From a virus, in IMG/VR virus record IMGVR_UViG_3300044640_001517, positions 26,335 to 90,334 of that record: a stretch of DNA of 64,000 nt, one strand, 5' to 3'. Shown piece after piece: positions 9,528-19,896 of this stretch (position 1 is its first letter; each line of letters starts with the position of its first letter). Under the pieces are notes generated by a model. That model worked only from the letters and a program-made list of their open reading frames with translations. It was not told the origin of the DNA and made no database searches. The position numbers and the translations under genes were made by a program.

Positions 9528-9952
9528 CAGACAACCCGTCCCATTCCGTCAATTCGACGTTCAACGCCGTTGATCGTCTGCATGATGTAAAAGCCTTCAT
9601 CGTCGTGCTTCCAGCCTGTCGCAACCTGCCTACTTCGCTCGCGAGTTATACGAATCGCCTTAGCCTCACTAAGAAGTACAGCCGTAAACAGCTCGTTGAG
9701 AATAAGTTCAGTTATGCCATTCTCGTCTTCAACGCCGTACTCATCAGTGGCGCGAACGATCTCAACCTCGTTTCCGTCGATTACCTCAGTAAACGAAGAG
9801 TATGTTGGATTTGTGAGAAAGAACGCACCCGCTGAAGGAGAGAATGCGTCTGCGTAGACGACGTCTCCGTCAATGACAAACGCAATAGCGATGCCAGTCT
9901 GCTGCCCGTCGCGCTCAAGTGAATATATAACGTCTTGTGTAGTTAGTCTCAT
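9527..9952 (-). CDS. Hypothetical protein (possible fibre assembly factor)
   Basis: 141-aa ORF immediately downstream of the fibre gene. Confidence 0.65.
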   Translation of the reverse strand: MRLTTQDVIYSLERDGQQTGIAIAFVIDGDVVYADAFSPSAGAFFLTNPTYSSFTEVIDGNEVEIVRATDEYGVEDENGITELILNELFTAVLLSEAKAIRITRERSRQVATGWKHDDEGFYIMQTINGVERRIDGMGRVV

Positions 9953-9991
9953 GATGCTTAATTTATCATCTAATCAAGTAAAAAAGCGAAC

Positions 9992-11503
9992 TCACTTAAA
10001 TGTTGGCGGTGCTGTTACCGGCGGTGTCACTGGAGGAACTACCGGAGGAACTACCGGAGGAACTACCGGAGGAACTACAGGAGGAACTACAGGAGCGACA
10101 ACAGGAGCAGGTGATGTGCACGTAGCGCCAGACGCCAGCGGACTTACACACTCGCCGACATATGTACAGCTGTTGAATCCGATGTCACCAGGGTTGCAAT
10201 ACTTGTTGCTTGGGGCGACCGGTGCTGTCACAGGCGCTGTTACTGGCGCAGTTACTGGCGCAGTTACTGGCGCAGTTACCGGAGGATAGGTCATTGTTGA
10301 GCAGCCTGCGCCAGTTCCGTATCCGCAGTCGCCGTTGTTGTAGCAGCCTTCAAGGTTGGAGATGACGTTGGCAGGTGAGCAGATGTTAAACGGTTCTGGG
10401 GTAACCGGAGCTGTAACAGGCGCTGTTACCGGTGCTGTTACCGGTGCTGTCACAGGTGAAGCTGGTGTACACGAGGCACCGCTCGCGCCTACTTTACATT
10501 CACCAACATCATAGCATTCGTAAAATCCAATATCTCCTGGGTTGCATAAGTTATACGTAACAACTACAGGTGACACCGGAGGTGTGACAGGTGACACTGG
10601 AGAAGATCCGCAGAGAGTGAGACAGTACTGCGTTGTTGTTCCCGCTTGATCTGTAATGTTGCAGTACAGCGTTGTGCCGTCATACGAGAGTGCGTATGTA
10701 TTTGTATCGTTCTGCGCATCAAACCTGATACCGCCAGGAACAAGTTCTGTTTGATTTCCAGCCGCGTTATATGCAATCAGTCCGTCATATGTCAAGACAG
10801 AGACGTTTCCAGGATAGACACCGCCTGTAGGACCAACAATCAACGCGCCAGCAACCGCTGATGTGTACGCGGCATCTCCAAGGTTGCCGATATACATATA
10901 ACCAAGAAAACTTCCACCTGTGAACAAAGTGTCACCGACAATTGTCCAGCCGGCGATTGAACTTCCTGTACCGCCAAAACCTTGACCAATCTGGATATCG
11001 ATACCGGTGAGAGTTCCTACAGTGATGTTTCCAGCGTCAAGATTGGACACAGTGATGATGCTTGCATCAATACTTCCAGCGGTAATCTTGTTGGCGCTGA
11101 CGCTCGCAATTGCGTGATCACCAAGTTCATTTGGCTGCCAGCCGGTGCCGGTCCAACGATAAATTCTATTGTCATCGTCGGTGTCAAACCAAAGATCTCC
11201 AACCGCCGTGGCTGTTGGCGACTCTGGTTGATGAAACGCCTTGTTTTTTCCATTGGCTGTAGTTACAGCATTTGAGATGTCTGTTGATACGTCGTTCCCA
11301 AGTTTTGGACCAGTGACAGCGCCGTCTGCTAGTTCAATGGGCGTTACTGCGCCTTTTTCAATTGCCCGTGAGGGTACAGACCGTGTCTGAATCTGCGTAG
11401 GTACAGATCTTTTTTGAAGAAGTCGAAGACGACTGTCCATCGATGTGACAAGTTTTCCGACTGTCCGTAAACTTCTACGACGTATGCTAGCCACGAGTGT
11501 CAA
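9992..11503 (-). CDS. Tail fibre / minor tail protein with Pro-rich and Cys-rich repeats
   Basis: Follows the tail-tip gene; AVGDLWFDTDDDNRIYRW and ANKITAGSIDA fibre motifs; C-terminal (PVTA)n and (PPVV)n tracts with three 4-Cys modules. Confidence 0.75.
   Translation of the reverse strand: MTLVASIRRRSLRTVGKLVTSMDSRLRLLQKRSVPTQIQTRSVPSRAIEKGAVTPIELADGAVTGPKLGNDVSTDISNAVTTANGKNKAFHQPESPTATAVGDLWFDTDDDNRIYRWTGTGWQPNELGDHAIASVSANKITAGSIDASIITVSNLDAGNITVGTLTGIDIQIGQGFGGTGSSIAGWTIVGDTLFTGGSFLGYMYIGNLGDAAYTSAVAGALIVGPTGGVYPGNVSVLTYDGLIAYNAAGNQTELVPGGIRFDAQNDTNTYALSYDGTTLYCNITDQAGTTTQYCLTLCGSSPVSPVTPPVSPVVVTYNLCNPGDIGFYECYDVGECKVGASGASCTPASPVTAPVTAPVTAPVTAPVTPEPFNICSPANVISNLEGCYNNGDCGYGTGAGCSTMTYPPVTAPVTAPVTAPVTAPVTAPVAPSNKYCNPGDIGFNSCTYVGECVSPLASGATCTSPAPVVAPVVPPVVPPVVPPVVPPVVPPVTPPVTAPPTFK
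10005..10455. repeat. 12-bp coding tandem repeats (PPVV and PVTA units)
   Basis: (ggaggaactacc)n at ~10032-10090, (gttactggcgca)n at ~10238-10280, (ggtgctgttacc)-like units at ~10400-10455. Confidence 0.9.
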
Positions 11504-13496
11504 CCTGCCATTCAGAGATAAGGTTCAATGTTACAACCTCTGGAAACGTTGGTGTGTTCTCTACCCTAACTGAGTATGAGTCAATCTTTCGTACAATCAC
11601 GGTATCACGAGGTTCAAGATCGCTTGCTAGTCTTGCGCGGATAAACTCGTCGTCTATATTTAGCGCGCACCAGTCTCCAGGTACGTACTCACCTACCTTT
11701 GGAGAAAGTGATCCGTTTACCGTTACCTGGATATCTGCAAGTGGAGGTCTAAACTCCGTGAGATATCTCTCCGCGTAGCCCTGTAACGCTTCTTCACTCG
11801 ACGTGTCAACATACAGTTGGTCCTGTGTAAGCGACACGCTAACCTGGTCAGCTGATTCTTCAGCGTCAAGTAGCGGCCATCCGGCGGCAAGAAGCTCTGT
11901 TGAACTTGCAACGGAGTACGGCTGACTTGCGTCTTGGCCGAGGTCTCCAGTGCTACCAACAATAAAGAAACGAGTCGCCGCGTTCTCTGACGACTCATCG
12001 ATCTTTACTTCTTGGATACTTCCAGGATAGTCAAACACAAGTCTGTCAGCGCCAAAACGACTGATCGGGGAAACCTCACCAGGCAACGGCGGATCTGGAA
12101 AATCAATTGGAATCATGACAAACTGACGCGTAAACGAATTGGTCAAGGCGTCGTATTCACAGTCAATGCGGTACTCAAAGCCGTCAATGCTGTCTGAGTA
12201 TTTATCGAGTTCTTCTCCAACTGATAGCAGCTGAAATCCTCGATATGTTTTATTTTTAAGGTTCTTTCCGCTGTATCCCAGATCTGAGTACGTCATGCCA
12301 ATGTCAGAGTTGGCTGGAAACGGACCGTATGTTTTTACACTGATCGCCGGCGTAACAGTCGCCGTTCCTCCGACAACAGGCACAGGTAACACATCGGTGA
12401 CGTAGGCTGTAACAAATGTAAATGTCGTGGGCGTAACAGCATCAATTGTGTGTGTTCCGTTAAACACCTCGTATGTCAATGTCGTATCGTCAACACCCGC
12501 CACCACGACAGTGTCATTGTCGCTAAACAGGTGCGGCGTTGACGTCGTAAGCATGGCCTGATAACTGCTAAGTTGCTTGTAGGTCACTGTCTGTGTATTT
12601 GCTGTAATTGGCGTTGTGCCTACGTTTGCCGCAATAATGTCAAACGTAACTGTAAAAGCATCAGGAATACTTGTTGCCTCGTATAGACCGTTAAGAGTAT
12701 GACCGGCATTTACGATCTCAAATTGCTGACCAAGAATCAGACCATGCTCTGTTGACGTGACCACAGTCCCTACGTTACTTGTAACCGAGTAGCTTACCAT
12801 TGGGGCGTTATTTGATACACCAGGCTCAATTTCATAGTTTGGAAAGTCAATGTTTGTATAGTCAACAAACATTGTGTCAAGCAACTGACGTATAAAATCG
12901 TATGTATCAACACGAACATATACAGAGCAATTAATGTACGTGCCGTCGGGCAGAGACGGCAGTGAGATCGTACAAGTGTTTAGGGTAGGCGCGGTTGCAA
13001 CCGTGTAGTAGCCGTTATAGATAAAGTCACCGACTTCATAAAATATGACCTGTACAGTTGAACCTATAGGAAACTCATAGTCAGAGATGTCAAGTGAGAT
13101 CGTCGTTGTGCCTGCGGCCTTTGTTATCGTCGCCGCAAAGTCATGGGTATAGGTTTTCCAGATATTGCGATGATACAAATAGCTAGTAAACTCTGCGCCC
13201 TGCACAGTCATTGTTCGTGACTCTACCGAGTACGAGCGTGACCAGATGATGCCTCCCCATACGCACTGACCGTCACGGACAATGTACAGACCTGTCTTAC
13301 CTGGCATTGTGGTCTCATACAGGTTAAATGGTACAGTATCTGGGATATACGGAATAGTCCCAGAAAACTTACCTGCACCTTTGATTGCGCGTTCGTACGT
13401 GACATTTGTAAACGGGATCTCAGCAATTACTGTGTTTGTCAACAGGTCAGTTGCAAAGTACCTGTATATTGATGAGTATTCTGTTATCGTTGACAT
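11487..13496 (-). CDS. Minor tail (tail tip/hub) protein with inserted beta-rich repeat domains
   Basis: YRYFATDLLT...EIPFTNV...VWGGIIW N-terminus typical of siphovirus tail-tip proteins; lies after Dit. Confidence 0.75.
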   Translation of the reverse strand: MSTITEYSSIYRYFATDLLTNTVIAEIPFTNVTYERAIKGAGKFSGTIPYIPDTVPFNLYETTMPGKTGLYIVRDGQCVWGGIIWSRSYSVESRTMTVQGAEFTSYLYHRNIWKTYTHDFAATITKAAGTTTISLDISDYEFPIGSTVQVIFYEVGDFIYNGYYTVATAPTLNTCTISLPSLPDGTYINCSVYVRVDTYDFIRQLLDTMFVDYTNIDFPNYEIEPGVSNNAPMVSYSVTSNVGTVVTSTEHGLILGQQFEIVNAGHTLNGLYEATSIPDAFTVTFDIIAANVGTTPITANTQTVTYKQLSSYQAMLTTSTPHLFSDNDTVVVAGVDDTTLTYEVFNGTHTIDAVTPTTFTFVTAYVTDVLPVPVVGGTATVTPAISVKTYGPFPANSDIGMTYSDLGYSGKNLKNKTYRGFQLLSVGEELDKYSDSIDGFEYRIDCEYDALTNSFTRQFVMIPIDFPDPPLPGEVSPISRFGADRLVFDYPGSIQEVKIDESSENAATRFFIVGSTGDLGQDASQPYSVASSTELLAAGWPLLDAEESADQVSVSLTQDQLYVDTSSEEALQGYAERYLTEFRPPLADIQVTVNGSLSPKVGEYVPGDWCALNIDDEFIRARLASDLEPRDTVIVRKIDSYSVRVENTPTFPEVVTLNLISEWQVDTRG

Positions 13497-13519
13497 GTCA
13501 TCGTCCCTAGGCTACTAAA

Positions 13520-14713
13520 CTAACCTATCCAGCCGGAGCGATAGTACACATCTAAAGTTGCAACACCCGTCGCGTCACCGTCGTCTGTGAAAGTGATCTC
13601 GTTGTCGCCAGGCTCAAGTCGGATCCAGTCAAGAAGAACCTCAAGCATTGAACGCGTGCCGGCGGTGATTCCGTTAAACGTTACCGAGTGATCATGCGTA
13701 TCAATCTCAAGAACGTCAACGTCAATTGACGCGGTGCCGGACACACCCGCACTGGCGACGTTTGCGGCGATCTTTTCATACGTAAACGACGACGTAGTAG
13801 GCGTGCCTGTGATTACGTGTACACCGTTATATGTGGCGTTGACGCCGGCAACCGTGACAATGTCGTCTATGATGAGGTTGTGTACCGCACTGGTTGTAAG
13901 TGTGGCAACATTACTTGTAAGCTGTGCGTTGGTGACACTGTGCGTTGTGGCGGCACGGAGTTGCTGGATGATCGTGATGAACTCATCATTTGCCGCGTTA
14001 TAGATCGTTCCGGTGCCTGTCAGAGGGCCTGTGACGGTAAGCACCGCCGGTACCTTGATGTTTCCACCGTTGTTGATGACACGCGAACCTGTCTCTGCGA
14101 CCGCGGTATTTGCTGACGGAATGTTCACAATCGTGTATCCGTCGGGATCGGCAGCGTTCCACTCGTACTTGATCGGGTCAGCCGCACGGAGACCGATCGT
14201 AAAGTCAATTCTTCCGCGCGCGTTTACCGATGTAATTGAAGGTCGACCGCTTAGACGAACCTTTGCAGCGCGGGTAGGTTCTTCATCGACCTTAAGCCAG
14301 CCATTACTGTAGACAAGACTTGTTGCCGCAATGAGAGTGTTTCGCGCCGCCGGCGCAAGACTTGGATCTGGTGTAAGTATTGAACCGGTGAGTGTGATCT
14401 GACGCGCCAGCCAGCGGCCACGTACGTCATACGAGCCGTCACCATAGCCGCGTTCGATGTCAGGGACAGCGGGATCTGGATGTACCCACCAGCCATCGAT
14501 ATCTGTACAGACCCAGATAACTCCGTTTTCATCAATTGCATTTAAGACAAGATCTCCAAGCTGAATATCGTTCTTCAGCTTCATACCGGTGATCCACGGA
14601 CGTGGAAGCGGTGTTAGAGCCTTGTTTACCTTTGATGTTTCATAGCCTTGCGTTACCGCGTCGACATACGCACCTGCGCCGTATAGTCCAGATCCATATG
14701 TTACTTCGGCCAT
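13520..14713 (-). CDS. Distal tail (Dit)-like protein
   Basis: DIDGWW...GDGSY...RQITLTG...LRAADPIKY...NGGNIKVPAVLTVTGP...LEPGDNEI...YRSGW. Confidence 0.8.
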   Translation of the reverse strand: MAEVTYGSGLYGAGAYVDAVTQGYETSKVNKALTPLPRPWITGMKLKNDIQLGDLVLNAIDENGVIWVCTDIDGWWVHPDPAVPDIERGYGDGSYDVRGRWLARQITLTGSILTPDPSLAPAARNTLIAATSLVYSNGWLKVDEEPTRAAKVRLSGRPSITSVNARGRIDFTIGLRAADPIKYEWNAADPDGYTIVNIPSANTAVAETGSRVINNGGNIKVPAVLTVTGPLTGTGTIYNAANDEFITIIQQLRAATTHSVTNAQLTSNVATLTTSAVHNLIIDDIVTVAGVNATYNGVHVITGTPTTSSFTYEKIAANVASAGVSGTASIDVDVLEIDTHDHSVTFNGITAGTRSMLEVLLDWIRLEPGDNEITFTDDGDATGVATLDVYYRSGWIG

Positions 14714-14722
14714 CGTAACTCC

Positions 14723-15949
14723 TTAACCAATGTTTCCAACGGTTGTTGCTGAGCCCATATCTACGTACATGAAGTTACTTCCAACAACCGATGTCACTGT
14801 TCCAGCAGAGCATGTGAACACCAAACCGAGTCGTGTGTTTGCCACCGGAATGACCGTTCCTGTGATCTTCATCGCCATTGTCGCCGTGTCCGCAATCGAG
14901 TACGAAGCGGCTGAGGTTGTTGTTGCGGCACCTGTGGCGTTCATGTGAATGATGTTGCCGTTTGTACCAGTTGTCAATGACGCGCCCTGTGTAATAAGCG
15001 TAATCAGTGCGGTAAGGTCAAGGTTTGTCGCGGCTGAGTTATTCATCGAGACAGTGACGGTTCCAGCCGTCGCCTTTGTAAACTTCAGGTCATACTCAAA
15101 ACGATACAGACGTCCGGCAAGAAGTGCTGGACGAACTGTGGCCGTAAAGAAGTGACCGCCAGAGGCAACAGACGCGCCAGTCGCAAGCTTGCCGTATTGA
15201 GGCGCCATGATGACGCCACGGCCTGTGCCGTTTGTCGTGTTACCGGTGATAAACATGTTATTGCCGTCAAACTCAATTGCACCTTGAGTAGGAGATGTAA
15301 GGTTTGTTCCGCTTGTTAGAGTAAGTGCCGCGGCTGAGGTTGTTCCAGCAGAGATGATTGGCGCGGTGAGCGTCTTAGTTGTCAGTGTCTGCGAGTCAGT
15401 TGTACCGACGATTGTTCCAGTTGGTACCGCTTTTCCAAGAACCTGCGTTGCGCTAAGCACAGTGCTTCCCGCAATTTCGTATACTTTTCCAGTGGCAAGG
15501 TTCAAGTCTTCAGATGATGTCCATGCCGCTGTTGAGCTTACCCAGTTAAATGTCTTGTCAGTTGCACCTTTGAGTGTGATTCCTCCGCCATCTGCCGTTA
15601 CGTCTGTGGGCGTAGTAACGGAGCCAAGCTCGATGTTCTTATCGTCAACGGTGAGAGTCGTGCTGTTTACTGTCGTGGTTGTGCCGTTAACAGTGAGGTT
15701 GCCTGTGATCGTCACGGCACCGCTGACAGCTAACGTTGTAAGAGTGCCAACTGACGTAAGACTCGAAGACACAACGTTTGATGAAAGTGTTGTCCCAACG
15801 ATTCCGTTTGCCGCCGCCTTGATCGCCCACGTGTTTGAGCTCAAAAACGCAAAACGGTTGTCAATCGCGACAATCGCCGCGTTGAGGGTTGTACCCCAAC
15901 CCGTGTCTCCGTTTGCCGGAATTTGTGTGCCGTCTATCAATGTTGCCAT
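14723..15949 (-). CDS. Tail fibre-like virion protein
   Basis: IPANGDTGWGTTLN anchor motif; SSLTSVGTL and GNLTVNGTTTTVNSTTLTVDDKNIELG fibre repeats. Confidence 0.7.
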   Translation of the reverse strand: MATLIDGTQIPANGDTGWGTTLNAAIVAIDNRFAFLSSNTWAIKAAANGIVGTTLSSNVVSSSLTSVGTLTTLAVSGAVTITGNLTVNGTTTTVNSTTLTVDDKNIELGSVTTPTDVTADGGGITLKGATDKTFNWVSSTAAWTSSEDLNLATGKVYEIAGSTVLSATQVLGKAVPTGTIVGTTDSQTLTTKTLTAPIISAGTTSAAALTLTSGTNLTSPTQGAIEFDGNNMFITGNTTNGTGRGVIMAPQYGKLATGASVASGGHFFTATVRPALLAGRLYRFEYDLKFTKATAGTVTVSMNNSAATNLDLTALITLITQGASLTTGTNGNIIHMNATGAATTTSAASYSIADTATMAMKITGTVIPVANTRLGLVFTCSAGTVTSVVGSNFMYVDMGSATTVGNIG

Positions 15950-15970
15950 GTCTGTTTTCTCCTATTCGAG

Positions 15971-18900
15971 TTATGCCATTCCGCGACTTAGTTGTACTGC
16001 CAGTTGTCGCGAAATCAACGAGGCAAGTTCTCTCTCATCCATACCAGGTGATGGCTGAACGTTTATTGTAATACCTCCGCCGGCACCGCCAGCGAATGTC
16101 TTCATGATTGCGATATCGCGCTTTGAAAGACCGTCTTCGTTGAGTGGCTCGACGCGCTCTGGGCGACCCGCCTCGGCTATGCGTGCGAGAGTACCACCCG
16201 GCGACGGCATGACGACGCCTCCCTCAGCAAGTTCTGGAATGTCAGGAAGGCCAAGAGTAAATCCGCCAACAGTCACTCCAAATATCTTTGCAGAAGGAAT
16301 CTTAAACTCTAGTTTGTTCCAAGCTCTAATGATGAAGTTGATTGCACTCTTAAATGTGCTAATAATCGCATCGCCGATCTTTCCAAAGATCGACTTTGCT
16401 CCATTGACTACTCCAACAATGAAGTCCCACGCCTTCATAAATGCTGTTTTAATTCCGCCCCAGACTTTGCCCCAAATTTCGCCGATGAATCCAAAGACTG
16501 GCTTAATTACATTGTTCCAGTAGAATTGAACTAGCGTAGATACATATCTCCAAACAGTAGAGAACACTGCCTGAATACCGTTCCATATGCCACTCCATAC
16601 AGTGCCAATGAGTCCAAAGACTGGTTTAATTATGTTGTTCCACACAAAACTAACTGAAGTTGCAATAATGTTCCAGGCCGTCTCAAATGCAACCTTCATT
16701 GCTTCCCAGACGGCACCAACGACTACACCAAAAATCTCAAACACTGGCTTAATAACGTTTTCCCAGGCCCATTGAATTGAGTTGTAGATCAGTGGCCACA
16801 CAAGGTCCCACCCGGCTTTAATGCCTTTCCAAATTCCAATTATGGCCAGTCCCATCAGTATAAATGGAAGCATGATCAAGCCAACGGCAATCTTAAAAGC
16901 AATCACAAGAGCAGGCCACACAGCGTCCCACGCGGACTTAATTCCACCCCAGACTGCGGCAAAGAATCCACCAATCTGTTCACCGACAAACTTGATGCCT
17001 TCCCAAAGAGCATAAAGTCCAGCTTTTATGCCATCCCACACAGCGTGAACAAAATCTCTAAACCACTCAAACTTCTTGTACATGACGACGACAATGGCGA
17101 TGAGTGCGACTATTGCTACGATCCATATCGTTATCGGGTTTGCAGCCATTGCAGCGCCAAGACCTTTTAGCGCGCCGCCCATCGCAACAATGGCGCCTTT
17201 GGCTTTGCCCATTGCTGTCTGGAAATAAGCAATCATCTTGCTGTTTTGACCAAACAGTGTTTGGAACGTTTTAGTGTTTGTCAATCCACTTTTTAGTGCG
17301 GCAAAGAATCCAGCTCCTCCCGCTCTAGCATACTTAAATCCATCTGTAAAAAGACCTAAGCCTGTTTTACTTGCAAGAAGAGCTTTGTCAAATGATATCA
17401 ATCCTCCCGTTGCATACTTAAAAGCTTTATTAGCTACTATGCCAAGCCGACTAAATCCTAGTCGCAGCCCGTGTACGGCCGCAAGTACACCGAATATCTT
17501 TCCAACAAGAGGGACACTAAAAAACGCAACAAGAGCGTCCATTGCTTTAGTAAGAACTAGAAAAAACATCTGTAAGCTACCGGACTCGAGGAAGACGGCA
17601 GTCATCTCTAAGAAGCTGCCTACAAATTCTGCAAACGCCGCTCCACCTTCAATGAGCGCTGGCATTCTATCGAGGATAGCATCTACACCTTCTCCGATCC
17701 GTGCAATTGAACCTTCAAGAGATCCATCTCCTCCAGCACGGAGGATTGCTGCAACGATTCTTCCAATGATACTAAGAATTTCTTGAAAGCTGCCAAAGGC
17801 TGTGTCAAAGTATTCTTTAAGTTTTCCACTTGCAAGATGCTTTGATGTAAAGTCTTCAAAGCGCTGGGTCAGATCGATCATCCAGTCAAGCATTGTTTGA
17901 CCAGCACCGTCTTTTCCAGTTACGGCTCGACCCATGTTCATAAACGCGCCGATGATATTTCCAATTGCTTTACCAAATCCGGCGGCAATATCTCCGGCAT
18001 GGTTGAACATGTCGGTCAATCCACTGATGTTTCCTTCAGCGTCTTTGGCCCAGCCGCCAGTAATTGTTGTGACAAAGTCAGTAAACCGCCTGGTCAACGG
18101 TCCTGCCGCAACAAGAAGCGATTGAATTAGCCGCGTGATACTGCCAAGTATTGTTCCGAATTGGCCAATAACATAGTTGTTGTTGTCCATGATAATGCCA
18201 AGGTCTTTGACTCCGGCAGGGGTTGTAACGAGCGCAGCAAAGTCTTTTGCAGACTTGCCTATCGCCGTGCCGGTTTCACGTAGCTTTGCCTTGAGCGTTG
18301 GGAACAACCTATCTACAAGTAACTGAATCGCCTCTTGAAGTGGAGGAAATAAAGTTTCACTAATTGCAAGTCTAAGTTCATCTAGCTTTGGTTTTAGACC
18401 CGCGATAAACTTTGCAAATTCTTTTTGGTACTCGTTTAGACCAGCAAAGGCGTCTTGCCCAGCGCCTCCAACACCTTTCATCGCGTCATCGACTTTTTTC
18501 GTTGCGATTGCTAAGTTGTCATAGGCCCGCGTGAGTTGATACGCCGCTTCTTTTTTAGCCTCTTCAGCGCCTAGCACTTCTTTAGAATTCAAGATCTGCT
18601 CTTGAGTGTTCCACGTATTGTTATTTGTCGCCTTATTTTGCTCTACAGTCAGGTCGTTGACACGGTCTTTTTGCTTACGTAGGTTAAGATCTGCCTGCGC
18701 AAAAGCAAGCTCAGCCTCCCGGCGAGCACGACTATTTGGAGCAAGATCTTGAACACGCGCAAGTGTTTCACGGGCTTTTTCAAGTTCGATTGCCGCACGT
18801 TTTTCGCCAATCACCGCGTCTTCAGTTGCAAAATTAAGATCTTCTATTCGATTTTTTGCAATGTCATACGCCTCATTTAAGTCTTCCTGTGCTCTAAAGA

Positions 18901-19414
18901 CACCAGCTTTTGCTTTTTCAAGCGCGCGATTTGCGTCAGCCTCTGCCCTAAGAAGTTGCGGCATATTGTCGCTCGCGCCGCCTCCAGACGGTTTTGTTAG
19001 CTGTCCTATCGCTTTTCCTACACCGCCGAATGCGATCTTAAACGCAACCATGCCTTGCAGAAGAGAAGACATTATTCCGCCGAGAGCCATGAGTGACGGC
19101 CCTGCGGCCGCAGCCTCAAGACCTATGACTGCGATACCAGCTGCGGCAGAGCCAAGAACAGGAACAAGAACGCCTATCGCGCCTTGCAGATAGTAGCTTC
19201 TTTCAATTAGCTTGTTGATTTGCTTATATGTGTTAACAGCTTCGTTTTGGAATGATGTCATTCCACGCGAAGCACCAGAACTAAATCCACTGCCGAGAGA
19301 ACTTCCAGCCCGATTACCGAGTGGGCCAAGACCGTTCATCGCCTGTTGCACTTGATTTTGGAAACCGGTGGTTATCGCGTTGACGACAATATATGCACTA
19401 CCTACAACGGCCAT
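15971..19414 (-). CDS. Tape measure protein
   Basis: MAVVGSAYIVVNA start, coiled-coil region, Trp-periodic repeats, C-terminal LAEGGVV...IAEAGRPE. Confidence 0.9.
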   Translation of the reverse strand: MAVVGSAYIVVNAITTGFQNQVQQAMNGLGPLGNRAGSSLGSGFSSGASRGMTSFQNEAVNTYKQINKLIERSYYLQGAIGVLVPVLGSAAAGIAVIGLEAAAAGPSLMALGGIMSSLLQGMVAFKIAFGGVGKAIGQLTKPSGGGASDNMPQLLRAEADANRALEKAKAGVFRAQEDLNEAYDIAKNRIEDLNFATEDAVIGEKRAAIELEKARETLARVQDLAPNSRARREAELAFAQADLNLRKQKDRVNDLTVEQNKATNNNTWNTQEQILNSKEVLGAEEAKKEAAYQLTRAYDNLAIATKKVDDAMKGVGGAGQDAFAGLNEYQKEFAKFIAGLKPKLDELRLAISETLFPPLQEAIQLLVDRLFPTLKAKLRETGTAIGKSAKDFAALVTTPAGVKDLGIIMDNNNYVIGQFGTILGSITRLIQSLLVAAGPLTRRFTDFVTTITGGWAKDAEGNISGLTDMFNHAGDIAAGFGKAIGNIIGAFMNMGRAVTGKDGAGQTMLDWMIDLTQRFEDFTSKHLASGKLKEYFDTAFGSFQEILSIIGRIVAAILRAGGDGSLEGSIARIGEGVDAILDRMPALIEGGAAFAEFVGSFLEMTAVFLESGSLQMFFLVLTKAMDALVAFFSVPLVGKIFGVLAAVHGLRLGFSRLGIVANKAFKYATGGLISFDKALLASKTGLGLFTDGFKYARAGGAGFFAALKSGLTNTKTFQTLFGQNSKMIAYFQTAMGKAKGAIVAMGGALKGLGAAMAANPITIWIVAIVALIAIVVVMYKKFEWFRDFVHAVWDGIKAGLYALWEGIKFVGEQIGGFFAAVWGGIKSAWDAVWPALVIAFKIAVGLIMLPFILMGLAIIGIWKGIKAGWDLVWPLIYNSIQWAWENVIKPVFEIFGVVVGAVWEAMKVAFETAWNIIATSVSFVWNNIIKPVFGLIGTVWSGIWNGIQAVFSTVWRYVSTLVQFYWNNVIKPVFGFIGEIWGKVWGGIKTAFMKAWDFIVGVVNGAKSIFGKIGDAIISTFKSAINFIIRAWNKLEFKIPSAKIFGVTVGGFTLGLPDIPELAEGGVVMPSPGGTLARIAEAGRPERVEPLNEDGLSKRDIAIMKTFAGGAGGGITINVQPSPGMDERELASLISRQLAVQLSRGMA

Positions 19415-19468
19415 ACGTATTCACCTCCTTCCATCGCAGTGTCTACCGCTATTCTAAATCATTTTTAG

Positions 19469-19896
19469 CTACCTGAGTGGGGCGTCTAATGCCTTACCAA
19501 ACGGTAGTATTGCATCTTCATTTAGAACAGTCGGCGGAACATACGGCTTTGTAGAATTTGACCGTGCAAACGGATCAATAGGCACTGGCACGCCGTCGTC
19601 ATCGTCGTCTAGTGGAAGATCGACATTCCGATTGCTGTTCTGCGTACTTGTTCCGTATTTGTACGTTGTTCCATAGAGGCTGCTATAGATTGTTTGTCTA
19701 AACTTGTCTTTTGCTTCGAGCATCTCACCGGACGAAACATTTAACGAATCTTCTTCAAACAAGTAGTGAAGAAAGTCGACTGCGTCAGCAGCATCTAATT
19801 GTCGGATATCAACGCCAAGTGAGATTGCTTTACCGTTGACATACGGCCAGGTATCAACCGCCCAAACTAGGAAGCTGCTGGCGGCTGCGTAGGGCG
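19469..19896 (-). CDS. Tail assembly chaperone, C-terminal frameshifted (G-T) portion
   Basis: The -1 frame is open from just after TGA at 19900-19898 (PPYAAASSFLVWAVDTWPYVNG...DFLHYLFEEDS...) to the stop at 19469, with no convincing independent start. Confidence 0.65.

Noticed and set aside
9992-10620. Diversity-generating retroelement target in the fibre
   Set aside because: No reverse transcriptase or adenine-specific template/variable repeat pair was seen in the window.
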